This document shows, in pieces, positions 43,131-51,949 of a stretch of DNA of 64,000 nucleotides. Positions within the stretch are counted from its first letter, which is position 1. Every line of letters begins with the position of its first letter. The stretch is from contig PMIP01000053.1 in NCBI GenBank assembly GCA_003158295.1, positions 45,610 through 109,609 on the forward strand, in the 5' to 3' direction. This DNA is from Chloroflexota bacterium. GTDB lineage: Bacteria; Chloroflexota; Limnocylindria; Limnocylindrales; CSP1-4. A program made the translations under genes and the position numbers. The notes under the pieces were generated by a model. It searched no databases. It saw only the letters and a program-made list of their open reading frames with translations, and was not told the DNA's origin.

Positions 43131-43787
43131 CTAGAGCATCTGGATGGGAAGGCCGGTGAGGAAGCTCACGATTGGCCGAGCGATGGGGTAGATGACCTGG
43201 ATCCCGATGAGGATGACCCCGACCAGTAAGAGCAATCCGTACTGATTGAGGGTCGCCTGGAGGTCGCGAGAGGTTCGCGGGTCGAGGAAATCGAAAAGCA
43301 CGTGCGCCCCGTCCAGGGGCGGTATCGGGATGAAGTTGAAGATCATCAGAAGCACGTTCAGCCAGATGCCCTGCCAGCAGACGAGCTGCACCATCTCGGC
43401 CACAGAGTGGTTGTCCGGCGCCACGCCATTGGCCCAGAGGATGCGAAACGGGATTGCGAAGAGGGCAGCCAGCACCAGGTTGGACAAAGGGCCGGCCGCG
43501 GCGACGATGGATTCGGCGTGATGGCCGCGCAGGTTGAACGGGTTCACCGGCGTCGGTTTCGCCCATCCGAAGCCCCGGTTGGCGAGGAGCACGCTGATCG
43601 CCAGCAACGACCCGCCCATTGGATCGAAGTGGACGAGCGGATTCAGAGTGATCCGGCCATCCGACCTGGCCGTGTTGTCGCCGAGTCGCCACGCTGCCAC
43701 GGCGTGCGCGCATTCGTGGACCGGTCCCGCTATCAGGAAGAAGAGCAGGATCCAGATGACCGCCGAGGCGACGTTGTACGAAGTCAA
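43131..43787 (-). CDS. site-2 protease family (M50-like) membrane metalloprotease
   Basis: HECAHAVAAWRLGD (HExxH) in TM1 and NFIPIPPLDG. Confidence 0.7.
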   Translation of the reverse strand: MTSYNVASAVIWILLFFLIAGPVHECAHAVAAWRLGDNTARSDGRITLNPLVHFDPMGGSLLAISVLLANRGFGWAKPTPVNPFNLRGHHAESIVAAAGPLSNLVLAALFAIPFRILWANGVAPDNHSVAEMVQLVCWQGIWLNVLLMIFNFIPIPPLDGAHVLFDFLDPRTSRDLQATLNQYGLLLLVGVILIGIQVIYPIARPIVSFLTGLPIQML

Positions 43788-43862
43788 ACCCAGACCTCGA
43801 TTCCGTGATTACCCAGAAGCGAGGGGCGCCGAGCCAGAGGACGCCCTTCAGCCTCTCCCTGG

Positions 43863-44540
43863 CTACATTCGGCCGAGCAGCTCGGCCTTCTTTGCCTCGT
43901 ACTCGGCCGGGGTGATCGCGCCCTTGTCACGCAGATCCGCGAGCTTCGCAAGGGTTACGGTCGGGTCATCGGGCCTCGCCGCCGGCGCGGCCGGCGCAGC
44001 CGCTGCTGCCGGCGCGGCGCCGCTCCTGGTCTGCCCTCGAAAACCGTCGTCGAGGTAGTTCTTGGCGTTGAGCATGGCCTTCTTGAACTCGACGACGTTG
44101 GCCAGCATCTGGTACCTGTCGATGCCTTCCTCATTCGCCGTCAGGACCTCGAGATCGCCGTAGTGCAGCATCCTGGCCAGGAGGCCCTGCTTCAGGACGG
44201 CGTCGTTGATCTTGTCAAGCGAGCTGTCGCCGCTCTTCTTGTCGAGCAAGCCTTCGACCTTGAGAACGCGTCGCGACGTGATGATGTACTCCTCCGACCT
44301 CCAGGTGAGGTAGACGATCGCGATCCAAACGAGCGCCACGAGTATGAGGATCAGGTCCACGAACCCCGCGATGCTCCGGAGGCTCCAGTTCAGTACCTGA
44401 TGCTCTACCAGCGCCAGAACGATTCCGAGGAGCAGCAGGAGCAGGGGATTCCGCGCGTCCGAGACCGGAGCCAGCCAGAACTGCCTGGCCCTGTATACGA
44501 TCGTTTCGTCCTTCGCAAGCAACGTATCCGCGTAGCTCAT
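43863..44540 (-). CDS. membrane bPH (YdbT-like) domain protein with a C-terminal SHOCT domain
   Basis: ATG 44540 with AAGGAG 6 nt upstream. Two TM segments, then a PH-like region (EYIITSRRVLKVEG). The C-terminus is LAKLADLRDKGAITPAEYEAKKAELLGRM. Confidence 0.65.
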   Translation of the reverse strand: MSYADTLLAKDETIVYRARQFWLAPVSDARNPLLLLLLGIVLALVEHQVLNWSLRSIAGFVDLILILVALVWIAIVYLTWRSEEYIITSRRVLKVEGLLDKKSGDSSLDKINDAVLKQGLLARMLHYGDLEVLTANEEGIDRYQMLANVVEFKKAMLNAKNYLDDGFRGQTRSGAAPAAAAAPAAPAARPDDPTVTLAKLADLRDKGAITPAEYEAKKAELLGRM

Positions 44541-44586
44541 CTTCGTCTCCTTCATGACCCGCCCACCTGCGGGCTTCTCCATGCCG

Positions 44587-45528
44587 TCACGCTCGTGGAT
44601 GGGCACGAGCATATACGTCCTTGATCCGTTCGCCAGTCAGATGTGTGTACAGCTGTGTCGTGCTGATGCTCGCATGTCCGAGCAACTCCTGAACGATGCG
44701 CAGGTCCGCTCCTCCCTCCAACAGGTGGGTCGCGAACGAATGCCTGAGCGTGTGCGGGCTGATTCCGTCGCGCAGACCCGCACTCCGGGCCGCCGCGACA
44801 AGTATCTCCCAGCCTCGCCTGCGGTCCAGGCGCTCTCCCCGCACGGAGAGAAAGACCGGCCCGCCTCGACGCGTGTCCCCATGCCATCCGGCAAGCCATC
44901 CGGGCCTGACATCGGCCGCGTACCGCCGCAGCCAGGAGACGGCCACCTCCCCGACCGGCACCTGGCGCTCGCGATCGCCCTTGCCCACGACTCGCACCAG
45001 ACCCGCGTCCAGCGAGACGTCCTCCAGGTCCAGGCCGACGGCCTCCGATATGCGCAGCCCCGAGGCGTACAGAAGCTCGAGGAGGGCGCGATCGCGGATT
45101 CCTACCGGAGTCTCGTCGCTCTTCGCGCTCAGCAACGCGTCGACCTCGTCGACGCTCAGCACCTCCGGCAGCAGGCGTGGCTGGCGTGGCAGATCGAAAC
45201 GCGCCGCCAGGTCCGACTCGATGAGTTCTTCCGCGAAGCAGAAGCGGTAAAAGCCGCGCAACGAGGCCGCGCGGCGTCGGAGAGTAGTGGGCCGGAGAAC
45301 GTGGCGTCGGCCCCGGCCGGGCGATCCCAGCATGCTCAGGTAGCGGATGGGTACCTCGGCCGTGGAATCCCACGCGGCCGATACGCCGCGGCTCGCTGCG
45401 AAGTCCAGCAGATCTGCGCGGTAGGCGGAGAGCGTCGCCGGAGAGAGTCCGCGCTCGACTCGCAGATGGAGCAGGAAATCGTCGATCGCGGCGCTCAAGC
45501 GGTCCACGGAACCGGCCGCGCCGCTCAT
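44587..45528 (-). CDS. xerD: tyrosine recombinase XerC/XerD family
   Basis: Catalytic residues in context (LLYASGLRISE, HTLRHSFATHLLEGGADLRIVQELLGHASISTTQLYTH). The locus matches the actinobacterial xerD position near recN and scpAB. Confidence 0.8.
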   Translation of the reverse strand: MSGAAGSVDRLSAAIDDFLLHLRVERGLSPATLSAYRADLLDFAASRGVSAAWDSTAEVPIRYLSMLGSPGRGRRHVLRPTTLRRRAASLRGFYRFCFAEELIESDLAARFDLPRQPRLLPEVLSVDEVDALLSAKSDETPVGIRDRALLELLYASGLRISEAVGLDLEDVSLDAGLVRVVGKGDRERQVPVGEVAVSWLRRYAADVRPGWLAGWHGDTRRGGPVFLSVRGERLDRRRGWEILVAAARSAGLRDGISPHTLRHSFATHLLEGGADLRIVQELLGHASISTTQLYTHLTGERIKDVYARAHPRA

Positions 45529-45529
45529 C

Positions 45530-47353
45530 TCACCTGCCTTCGGTCGCGCGCCGCCAGGCGTCGGCTCGCTCGAGCAGTTCTTCAGCGCTCGCCCTGGCGG
45601 CCGCGCCGCCTTCGGGCCCGGCGAGCATCTGTGCCAGCTCCGCCGCCCGTTCGGATCCTTCCACCCGGTGGACTTCCGTCACGGTCCGTCCGTCGCGCTG
45701 ACGCTTCTCGATGCGGAACTGCGCGTCCGCGTACGCGGCGATCTGGCCGAGGTGAGTGACGCACAGCACCTGGTGCGTCCGAGCCAGCTCCCACAAGCTG
45801 CGTCCCACCGGCTCGGCGCCGCGCCCGCCGATGCCGCTGTCGATCTCGTCGAAGACGAGGGTGGGGGTGCGATCGGCCTCGGCGAGTATCTGCTTGATGG
45901 CCAGCGCGACGCGTGAGAGCTCGCCGCCGGATGCGATCCGAGCCAGGGGCCGGGCGGGCTCTCCGGGATTCGGAGCGATAAGGAAAGCCACCGAATCCAG
46001 GCCGCTCGCGTCGAACGCCAGGCGCTCGCCGTCGGATTCGACCGCCGGTTCCGCGGGACCCGGTGGTCGCTGACTGACCGCCACCTGGAACGTGGTCTGT
46101 CGGAAGCCGAGGCCCCCCAAAGCCGCCTCAACGGCGCTCGCCAGCCTGCCGGCGGCCGCCGCACGGGCACCCGACAGATCCCGCCCGGCCGCGGCAACCG
46201 CTACCAGCAGCCGCGCCGCCTCCGCCTGACGCGACTCGCGGGACGCTTCGAGACCGCTCAAGCGAGAGGCCTCCTGGGCGGCCTTCTCCCCGTACGCGAT
46301 CACGGCGATCTCGTCTTCGCCGTACTTCCGTTCGAGTGAGTAGATCGAGGAGAGCCGTTCTTCCATCCGAGCCAGTGCCGCCGGGTCGTGCTCCACGGTC
46401 TCGGCCAGGTCGCGGGCATCGACGGCCGCATCTTCCAGCTCCGCCGCCAGGCCGAGCAATCGCTCCGCCACGAGGCCGTACCGGTCGTCCAGTCGGGCCA
46501 GCTCGCGAGCGCGCTGGGCGGCCGCCGCCGTGACTTCCCTCGCGCCGCTCCCCTCCCCTGTCAGCGCCTCGTGGATCTCGACGCTGCCTCGAGCGATGGT
46601 TTCGCCATGTTGGGCCGCGGCCAGCCGGGCAACGAGCTCCGCGGCCTCGCCCGGGCGCAGCTTCGCCCCCGCGATCTCCGCTGCCTGGTGCTCCTGCAGC
46701 TCCAGCCGCCGCGTCAGCTCGCGCGGATCCAGGCCAAGTTCCGCGAGAGCCGCCTCGTTCTTGCGCCATGCCTCCACGGCCGCCGCCATCGCGGCTCGTT
46801 CTCGTTCCAGGCGACCGAACGAATCGAGCAGCTCCCGTTGCCAGCGCTCGTCCAGGAGCCGCTGCTGGTCGTGCTGCCCGTGGATCTCGACCAGACGCCC
46901 GGCTACGTCGGCGAGGCGGGCCGCCGTGACCGCTTCGTCGTCGATTCGAGCCGTGGATCGGCCGGCGACCGAGACCTCACGAACACAGATCAGCGGCTCC
47001 GGTACGCGGTCGAAGAGCGCCTCGACCCGCGTTGCGTCCGAGCCGTGACGGACCAGCGACGAATCTGCCCGGGCCCCCACGGCCAGGCCGAGAGCGTCGA
47101 TCAGCAGGCTCTTTCCGGCGCCGGTCTCTCCGGTCAGGACGTTCAGGCCCGGCTCGAAGACGATCCTCACCTTCTCGATCAACGCCAGATCACGCACGCC
47201 AAGTTCGGTCAGGCGACCCGCGACGGCCGGCGGAATCCCGGGATTGTCGTCGTTGGCAGCCTCGGCGGCGCCCGATCCGGCCGCAGCGGCCGATCCGGCG
47301 GCAACCCCTTCCATTCCCCCGGTGCCGAGATCCGTGTCGACACCGCCCGTCAT
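45530..47353 (-). CDS. recN: DNA repair protein RecN
   Basis: LTGETGAGKSLLIDAL Walker A, a long coiled-coil, ASGGELSRVALA signature and LVFDEIDSGIGG. ATGA overlap with the nadK stop. Confidence 0.9.
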   Translation of the reverse strand: MTGGVDTDLGTGGMEGVAAGSAAAAGSGAAEAANDDNPGIPPAVAGRLTELGVRDLALIEKVRIVFEPGLNVLTGETGAGKSLLIDALGLAVGARADSSLVRHGSDATRVEALFDRVPEPLICVREVSVAGRSTARIDDEAVTAARLADVAGRLVEIHGQHDQQRLLDERWQRELLDSFGRLERERAAMAAAVEAWRKNEAALAELGLDPRELTRRLELQEHQAAEIAGAKLRPGEAAELVARLAAAQHGETIARGSVEIHEALTGEGSGAREVTAAAAQRARELARLDDRYGLVAERLLGLAAELEDAAVDARDLAETVEHDPAALARMEERLSSIYSLERKYGEDEIAVIAYGEKAAQEASRLSGLEASRESRQAEAARLLVAVAAAGRDLSGARAAAAGRLASAVEAALGGLGFRQTTFQVAVSQRPPGPAEPAVESDGERLAFDASGLDSVAFLIAPNPGEPARPLARIASGGELSRVALAIKQILAEADRTPTLVFDEIDSGIGGRGAEPVGRSLWELARTHQVLCVTHLGQIAAYADAQFRIEKRQRDGRTVTEVHRVEGSERAAELAQMLAGPEGGAAARASAEELLERADAWRRATEGR

Positions 47354-48195
47354 GACGGGAGCAACTCCGACTTCTGCCGGAGAAGATCCCAGAACGGCAG
47401 GGCTCCGTGTGGTTCGATGAACCGGATCGGTCGTCCCAGCTCGCAGACGGCCACCACGTCTCCGATCGCGAGCTTGCGGTCTTCACGACCGTCGACACTC
47501 ATCAGCACGTCATGCGCGTCGACCACGCGGCACCGAACAGTGTGGCGTGGACTCACCACCACGGACCGTATCGCGGTCAGGTACCCGGCGATCGGCGTCA
47601 CGATGAGGTTCCGGCTGGTCGGATCGAGGATGGGCCCGCCGGCGGAGAATGAGTACCCCGTCGATCCGGTGGGGCTGGCCACAATCAGCCCGTCGGCAAC
47701 GAAGGTGGCCAGGTGCGAGGGACCGATCTCGACCTCGATCCGGCAGACGCGCACCAGGGCGCCGCGAGCCACGGCAATCTCGTTGAGGGCGAAGAAGGTT
47801 TCGTCCGGCTCGGCACGCCCGCCCCGGTGGATCGCGGCCTCCAGGGCCATTCGATTCTCCAGGTCGAACTCGCCGGCGACGAGCTGACCCAGCACGGTCT
47901 CCAGGTCCTGGGTCTCCACCTTGGACAGGAACCCCACCTTGCCCAGGTTCACGCCCAGCAGCGGGACGTCCACCTCCGCCACGGCCCGAGCCGCCCGGAG
48001 GAAGGTGCCGTCCCCGCCGAGGACGACCAGTGCGTCCGTTCCAGGAAGGTGCTCGAGCAGCCCCTGTCGTTCGCCGGCCGGAGCAGCCCAATGGGCGACC
48101 CCTCTGGCCTCGCACCATCCCTCCGCCCGCTCGCGCAGGTCGAGCGCGGCCTCCTTCGTTGGGTTATAGGCGAACCCCAAACAGTCGATCGTCAT
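47350..48195 (-). CDS. nadK: NAD kinase
   Basis: Internal ATG 48195 overlaps the tlyA stop (ATGA). LGGDGTFLRAAR, GVNLGKVGFL and ASPTGSTGYSFSAGGPI. Confidence 0.85.
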   Translation of the reverse strand: MTIDCLGFAYNPTKEAALDLRERAEGWCEARGVAHWAAPAGERQGLLEHLPGTDALVVLGGDGTFLRAARAVAEVDVPLLGVNLGKVGFLSKVETQDLETVLGQLVAGEFDLENRMALEAAIHRGGRAEPDETFFALNEIAVARGALVRVCRIEVEIGPSHLATFVADGLIVASPTGSTGYSFSAGGPILDPTSRNLIVTPIAGYLTAIRSVVVSPRHTVRCRVVDAHDVLMSVDGREDRKLAIGDVVAVCELGRPIRFIEPHGALPFWDLLRQKSELLPS

Positions 48196-49040
48196 GCCCC
48201 GGCCAGCTCTACGAATCTGCGCAACCACTCGTTCGGCAGTTCTGCAGGGCCGCCGTCTGGACCTCCGTAGCCTGCCGGCACCTCGAACTCCAGGAAGAAC
48301 TCGCGGTTCCCGGCGGGGCCGGTCAGCGGCGAGGCGATCGCGTTTCGCAGCCTGAGACCGATCCCGACGGCGTAGCGTGCGACCGTCTCGAGCGTCTGGC
48401 GGTGGATCTCGGGGTCTCGAACGACCCCATCCCGGACCTGCTTGCGCCCTGCCTCGAACTGAGGCTTGACCAGGGCGACGATCCTGCCGCCCAACGGCCC
48501 GAAGCACGTCGCCACCGGCCGCAGGATCCGGTCGAGCGAAATGAACGACACGTCCACGACAGCCAGGTCTACGGCGGTCGGAAGCACGCCCGGGCCCAGC
48601 GCACGGGCGTTGGTCCGTTCCATCGAGACGACGCGGGAGTCATGCCGAAGAGCCTCTGCCAGCTGACCACGCCCGACATCCACGGCGTAGACGCGACTGG
48701 CATCGCGCTGTAGCAGCAGGTCCGTGAAGCCGCCAGTGGAGGAACCGACGTCCAGACAGACCAGGCCAACCGGCTCGACGCCGAAGAAGTCCAGCGCGGC
48801 CCGGAGTTTCAATCCGCCTCGAGACACAAACGGAGGGGGCGACTCGACTTCCAGGGCAATGGTCGGATCGACGAGGTCGCCGGGCTTGCGGTCGGTGCGC
48901 GCGGCGGCCCCTTCGCCGACACGAACGTGGCCACCCATCACGAGAGCCTGGGCGCGAGTTCGTGTCGAGGCCAGGCCTCGCTCCACCAGAAGCTGGTCCA
49001 GGCGCTGGCGCGTAGGTCGACGTGCGGCAGGGCTCATCAC
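48192..49040 (-). CDS. tlyA: TlyA family rRNA (cytidine-2'-O)-methyltransferase
   Basis: S4 domain (RLDQLLVERGLASTRTRAQALVMGGHVRV) plus an FtsJ-like domain (CLDVGSSTGGFTDLLL, DVSFISL). Confidence 0.85.
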   Translation of the reverse strand: MMSPAARRPTRQRLDQLLVERGLASTRTRAQALVMGGHVRVGEGAAARTDRKPGDLVDPTIALEVESPPPFVSRGGLKLRAALDFFGVEPVGLVCLDVGSSTGGFTDLLLQRDASRVYAVDVGRGQLAEALRHDSRVVSMERTNARALGPGVLPTAVDLAVVDVSFISLDRILRPVATCFGPLGGRIVALVKPQFEAGRKQVRDGVVRDPEIHRQTLETVARYAVGIGLRLRNAIASPLTGPAGNREFFLEFEVPAGYGGPDGGPAELPNEWLRRFVELAGA

Positions 49041-49101
49041 ATCAATCGTGGCACACCCGGCTCATCTCGTGCTGCGCCGGCATGCGGGTCAAGTCGCCGG
49101 A

Positions 49102-51252
49102 TCAGGATGCGCGGGCGCCGGGGCGCTCGAGGTCCGCGGTCGGAGCCACGGCCGCAGCCTCCGGGGCGGCCTTTAACCTGACCAGAGTCTCGCGAATCTG
49201 CTTCGCGATGCCCGGAGCGTCGAGCCGGAGCAGCCGTCGCAGCTGATCGACCGACCCATGCTCGACGAAACGATCCGCGGGGATGCCGACGACCCGAACC
49301 GCGACGTCACGATACGCGGCGTCGCCCAGCCGAGCCTCCTCGAGCAGCTCCAGCACCCCGGCCCCGAAGCCGCCGCTCACGACGCTCTCCTCGAGCGTGA
49401 CGACCAGCTTCTTGCCCCGCGCCTGGTCCAGGATCAACTGGCGATCGAGTGGCTTGGCGAAGCGGGCATTTATCAAGCCGACCGACCAGCCCTCCGCTTC
49501 GAGGATGTAGGCGGCCTGGCGGCCCCTCTCGACGATCGGCCCGAAGCCGACGACCAGAATATCGCGGCCTTCCCGCAGCAGCTCGCCGACGCCGACCGGC
49601 AGGATCTCAGGCTCCCTGACCGGCACTCCGAACCCGGGGTCGCGTGGATAGTGGAGCGCGAATGGGTGATCCTGCGAGAACGCCGTGCGAACCAGAGAAC
49701 GCAACTCCTGCTCGTCCTTAGGGCTGGCGACGACCATCTTGGGCAGCTGGAGCTGGGTTGGAAGGGTGAACATGCCCTGGTGGCTGGTTCCGTCTTCGCC
49801 CACCAGACCGGCGCGATCGATGGCGATCACCACCGGCAAGTCGTTCTGGCAGACGTCGTGGACCTCCTGGTCGAAGGCGCGCTGCAGGAATGTCGAATAC
49901 AGGGCCACGACAGGCCTCTCCCCCGCGAGGGCCATACCCGCCGACAGCGCGACGGCATGCTGTTCGGCGATGCCGACGTCGATGAAGCGGTCCGGGAATC
50001 GCTCCTGGAACAGGTGGAGACCCGTCCCGGTCGGCATCCCCGCTGTGACGGCGACGATGCGCCGGTCCGCGGCGGCCAGGTCGATCAACTCGCGGGCAAA
50101 ATGGTAGGTGTAGTTGGGCGGCCGATTGACTGCCGCCTTCCTTGCCGCATCGGACGGCGTGCCCATGTCCGCCCCGCCGGCGGAGGTGTTGCTGCCGTTG
50201 CCCGAAGGCTCTACCGGGGCCTCGTCGAAGCGGCCGGGAACCGGCATCGCGCTCTCCTTGCGGGCAAGCGCAGGGCCGGTCAGGACCGGCGGTGAGCCCT
50301 GCCCGTAGGTCGCGACCGCGCCGGGGCGCTCCGGCAGGTCGGGCATGGGCGGAAGCGCCGCTCCGTGGAAGCCGATCTGGTCCCGCTCGGCCGGCCGGTA
50401 GCCTCGCCCCTTGCGGGTTCGAACGTGGACCAGGACCGGGCCCGGGACCTCCAGGGCGGCTCGGAAGATGTGCTCCAGACCCCTCATGTTGTGGCCCGGG
50501 ATGACGCCCAGGTAGGTGATCCCGAGATCCTCGAAGAGCTGGCCCGGCTGGGCGAAGTTGACCACCATCCGCCGGATGCGCCGCGACAGCGAGAGGGCGG
50601 GCTGGCCCACGACCGGCAGCGATTCGACGATTCGATCGTACGCGGTCTTGCTCTGCCGCCATGCAGAGGAGAGCTTCAAGGTCGAGAAGTACTGGCTGAA
50701 GGCTCCGACCGTGGGGCTGATCGACATGGCGTTGTCGTTGAGCACGATCAGGAGCTGAGTCTGGCGGTGCCCGATGTCGTTCAGCGCCTCCAGCGAGAGG
50801 CCGCTGATGAGGGCCGCGTCGCCGACCACCACCGCGATGCGCTCCATCGAGTGGCGCATGTCGCGCGACGTGGCCAGACCCTGCGCGATCGACAGCCCTG
50901 TGCCCGCATGGCCACCGTCGAAGACGTCGTGCTCGGACTCCTCACGCCTGGGGAATCCGCTAATGCCACCGAACTGCCGCAGCGTCGGGAACCGGGAGTA
51001 GCGGCCCGTCAAGAGCTTGTGGGCGTACGCCTGGTGGCCGGTGTCCCAGACGATCTTGTCGCGCGGCGACTCGAGTACCCGGTGCAGGGCCAGCGTCAGC
51101 TCTACGACGCCAAGCGACGACCCGAGGTGGCCGCCCGTCTTCGCGACCGTCTCGATGATGTACTCGCGGATCTCCGCCGCCAGCTCTTCGAGCTCGGCGT
51201 CGGTGAGACCGCGCAGGTCGCTCGGGCCCTGCAGCGTGGGCAGGATGGCCAA
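49102..51252 (-). CDS. dxs: 1-deoxy-D-xylulose-5-phosphate synthase (enlarged inter-domain linker)
   Basis: GGHLGSSLGVVELT, WDTGHQAYAHKLLTGR, GDAALISG and IAEQHAV motifs. 716 aa. Confidence 0.95.
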   Translation of the reverse strand: MAILPTLQGPSDLRGLTDAELEELAAEIREYIIETVAKTGGHLGSSLGVVELTLALHRVLESPRDKIVWDTGHQAYAHKLLTGRYSRFPTLRQFGGISGFPRREESEHDVFDGGHAGTGLSIAQGLATSRDMRHSMERIAVVVGDAALISGLSLEALNDIGHRQTQLLIVLNDNAMSISPTVGAFSQYFSTLKLSSAWRQSKTAYDRIVESLPVVGQPALSLSRRIRRMVVNFAQPGQLFEDLGITYLGVIPGHNMRGLEHIFRAALEVPGPVLVHVRTRKGRGYRPAERDQIGFHGAALPPMPDLPERPGAVATYGQGSPPVLTGPALARKESAMPVPGRFDEAPVEPSGNGSNTSAGGADMGTPSDAARKAAVNRPPNYTYHFARELIDLAAADRRIVAVTAGMPTGTGLHLFQERFPDRFIDVGIAEQHAVALSAGMALAGERPVVALYSTFLQRAFDQEVHDVCQNDLPVVIAIDRAGLVGEDGTSHQGMFTLPTQLQLPKMVVASPKDEQELRSLVRTAFSQDHPFALHYPRDPGFGVPVREPEILPVGVGELLREGRDILVVGFGPIVERGRQAAYILEAEGWSVGLINARFAKPLDRQLILDQARGKKLVVTLEESVVSGGFGAGVLELLEEARLGDAAYRDVAVRVVGIPADRFVEHGSVDQLRRLLRLDAPGIAKQIRETLVRLKAAPEAAAVAPTADLERPGARAS

Positions 51253-51411
51253 CTTCGTCTGCTCCTGGACGGATCCCAGATCCGTACCTGCTGCTGGAGG
51301 CGTTCTTGGGTGAAAGCGGTCTGGCGCCTCGACGTCTTGCGGCAGTCTACCGCTCCTGCCCGTAGTCGCTCGGAGAACAGGCGACGGCTCCGAGGGCCGG
51401 ACCGTGACGTT

Positions 51412-51690
51412 CTATTCCTGGTCCAGAGCCTCGCCGGCCCGCGCCTCGGCGACCTCCAGGGCCCCCGAAGATCGCTCCAGCAGTCGCTGCACACGGAGAT
51501 CTGCCTCGCCCAGCAGTGTCGCGCACCGTTCGTGAAGGCCTACTCCCCGCTCGTAGAGGGCCAGCGAGCGCTCGAGCGGCAATCCGCCCTGCTCGAGCTC
51601 GGCCACGGTACGCTGAAGCTCGGCCAGAGCCTCGTCGAACGAAAGGGAGGCGATGTCTACGGACGGTTCGAGGCCCTGTTCGTCACCCAC
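51412..51690 (-). CDS. xseB: exodeoxyribonuclease VII small subunit
   Basis: SLSFDEALAELQRTVAELEQGGLPLERSLALYERGVGLHERC. Start (GTG 51690) is uncertain. The longer track ORF N-terminus is Trp/Cys-rich and not protein-like. Confidence 0.75.
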   Translation of the reverse strand: MGDEQGLEPSVDIASLSFDEALAELQRTVAELEQGGLPLERSLALYERGVGLHERCATLLGEADLRVQRLLERSSGALEVAEARAGEALDQE

Positions 51691-51949
51691 GTCGCATCTC
51701 CTCCTGGCCGGCGCTGCCGACGTTCCTGTCTCGATACCATGTAGCACCGGTCGGCTCGGCGGATCGATGAGCTTCGTCGGCGTCCACGATACTCGCAGAT
51801 TTCTCGCCGGCTGGACCATCCACAGGAGGTCGTTCCTCCAGAGATCTGTCCAGACGTCGTCCGAGGAGCATACCGACACGCACCGAGATCCCGAAGACAA
51901 CGACGGCGGCCATCAGCAGCGCGGCCGCGAGTACCACCGTCTCGATCAA
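51683..51949 (-). CDS. possible small single-TM protein between xseA and xseB
   Basis: TTG start overlaps the xseA stop (TTGA). MIETVVLAAALLMAAVVVFGISVRVGMLLG is a clean TM helix with high GC3. GC3 drops in the second half, and the end overlaps the proposed xseB start. Confidence 0.3.
   Translation of the reverse strand: MIETVVLAAALLMAAVVVFGISVRVGMLLGRRLDRSLEERPPVDGPAGEKSASIVDADEAHRSAEPTGATWYRDRNVGSAGQEEMRRG

Noticed and set aside
44587-45528. XerC/D-family recombinase as the enzyme responsible for the tRNA-Val cassettes
   Set aside because: It lies about 35 kb away in a conserved housekeeping context (recN-nadK-tlyA and scpAB) typical of the chromosomal dimer-resolution xerD. There is no evidence linking it to the cassettes.
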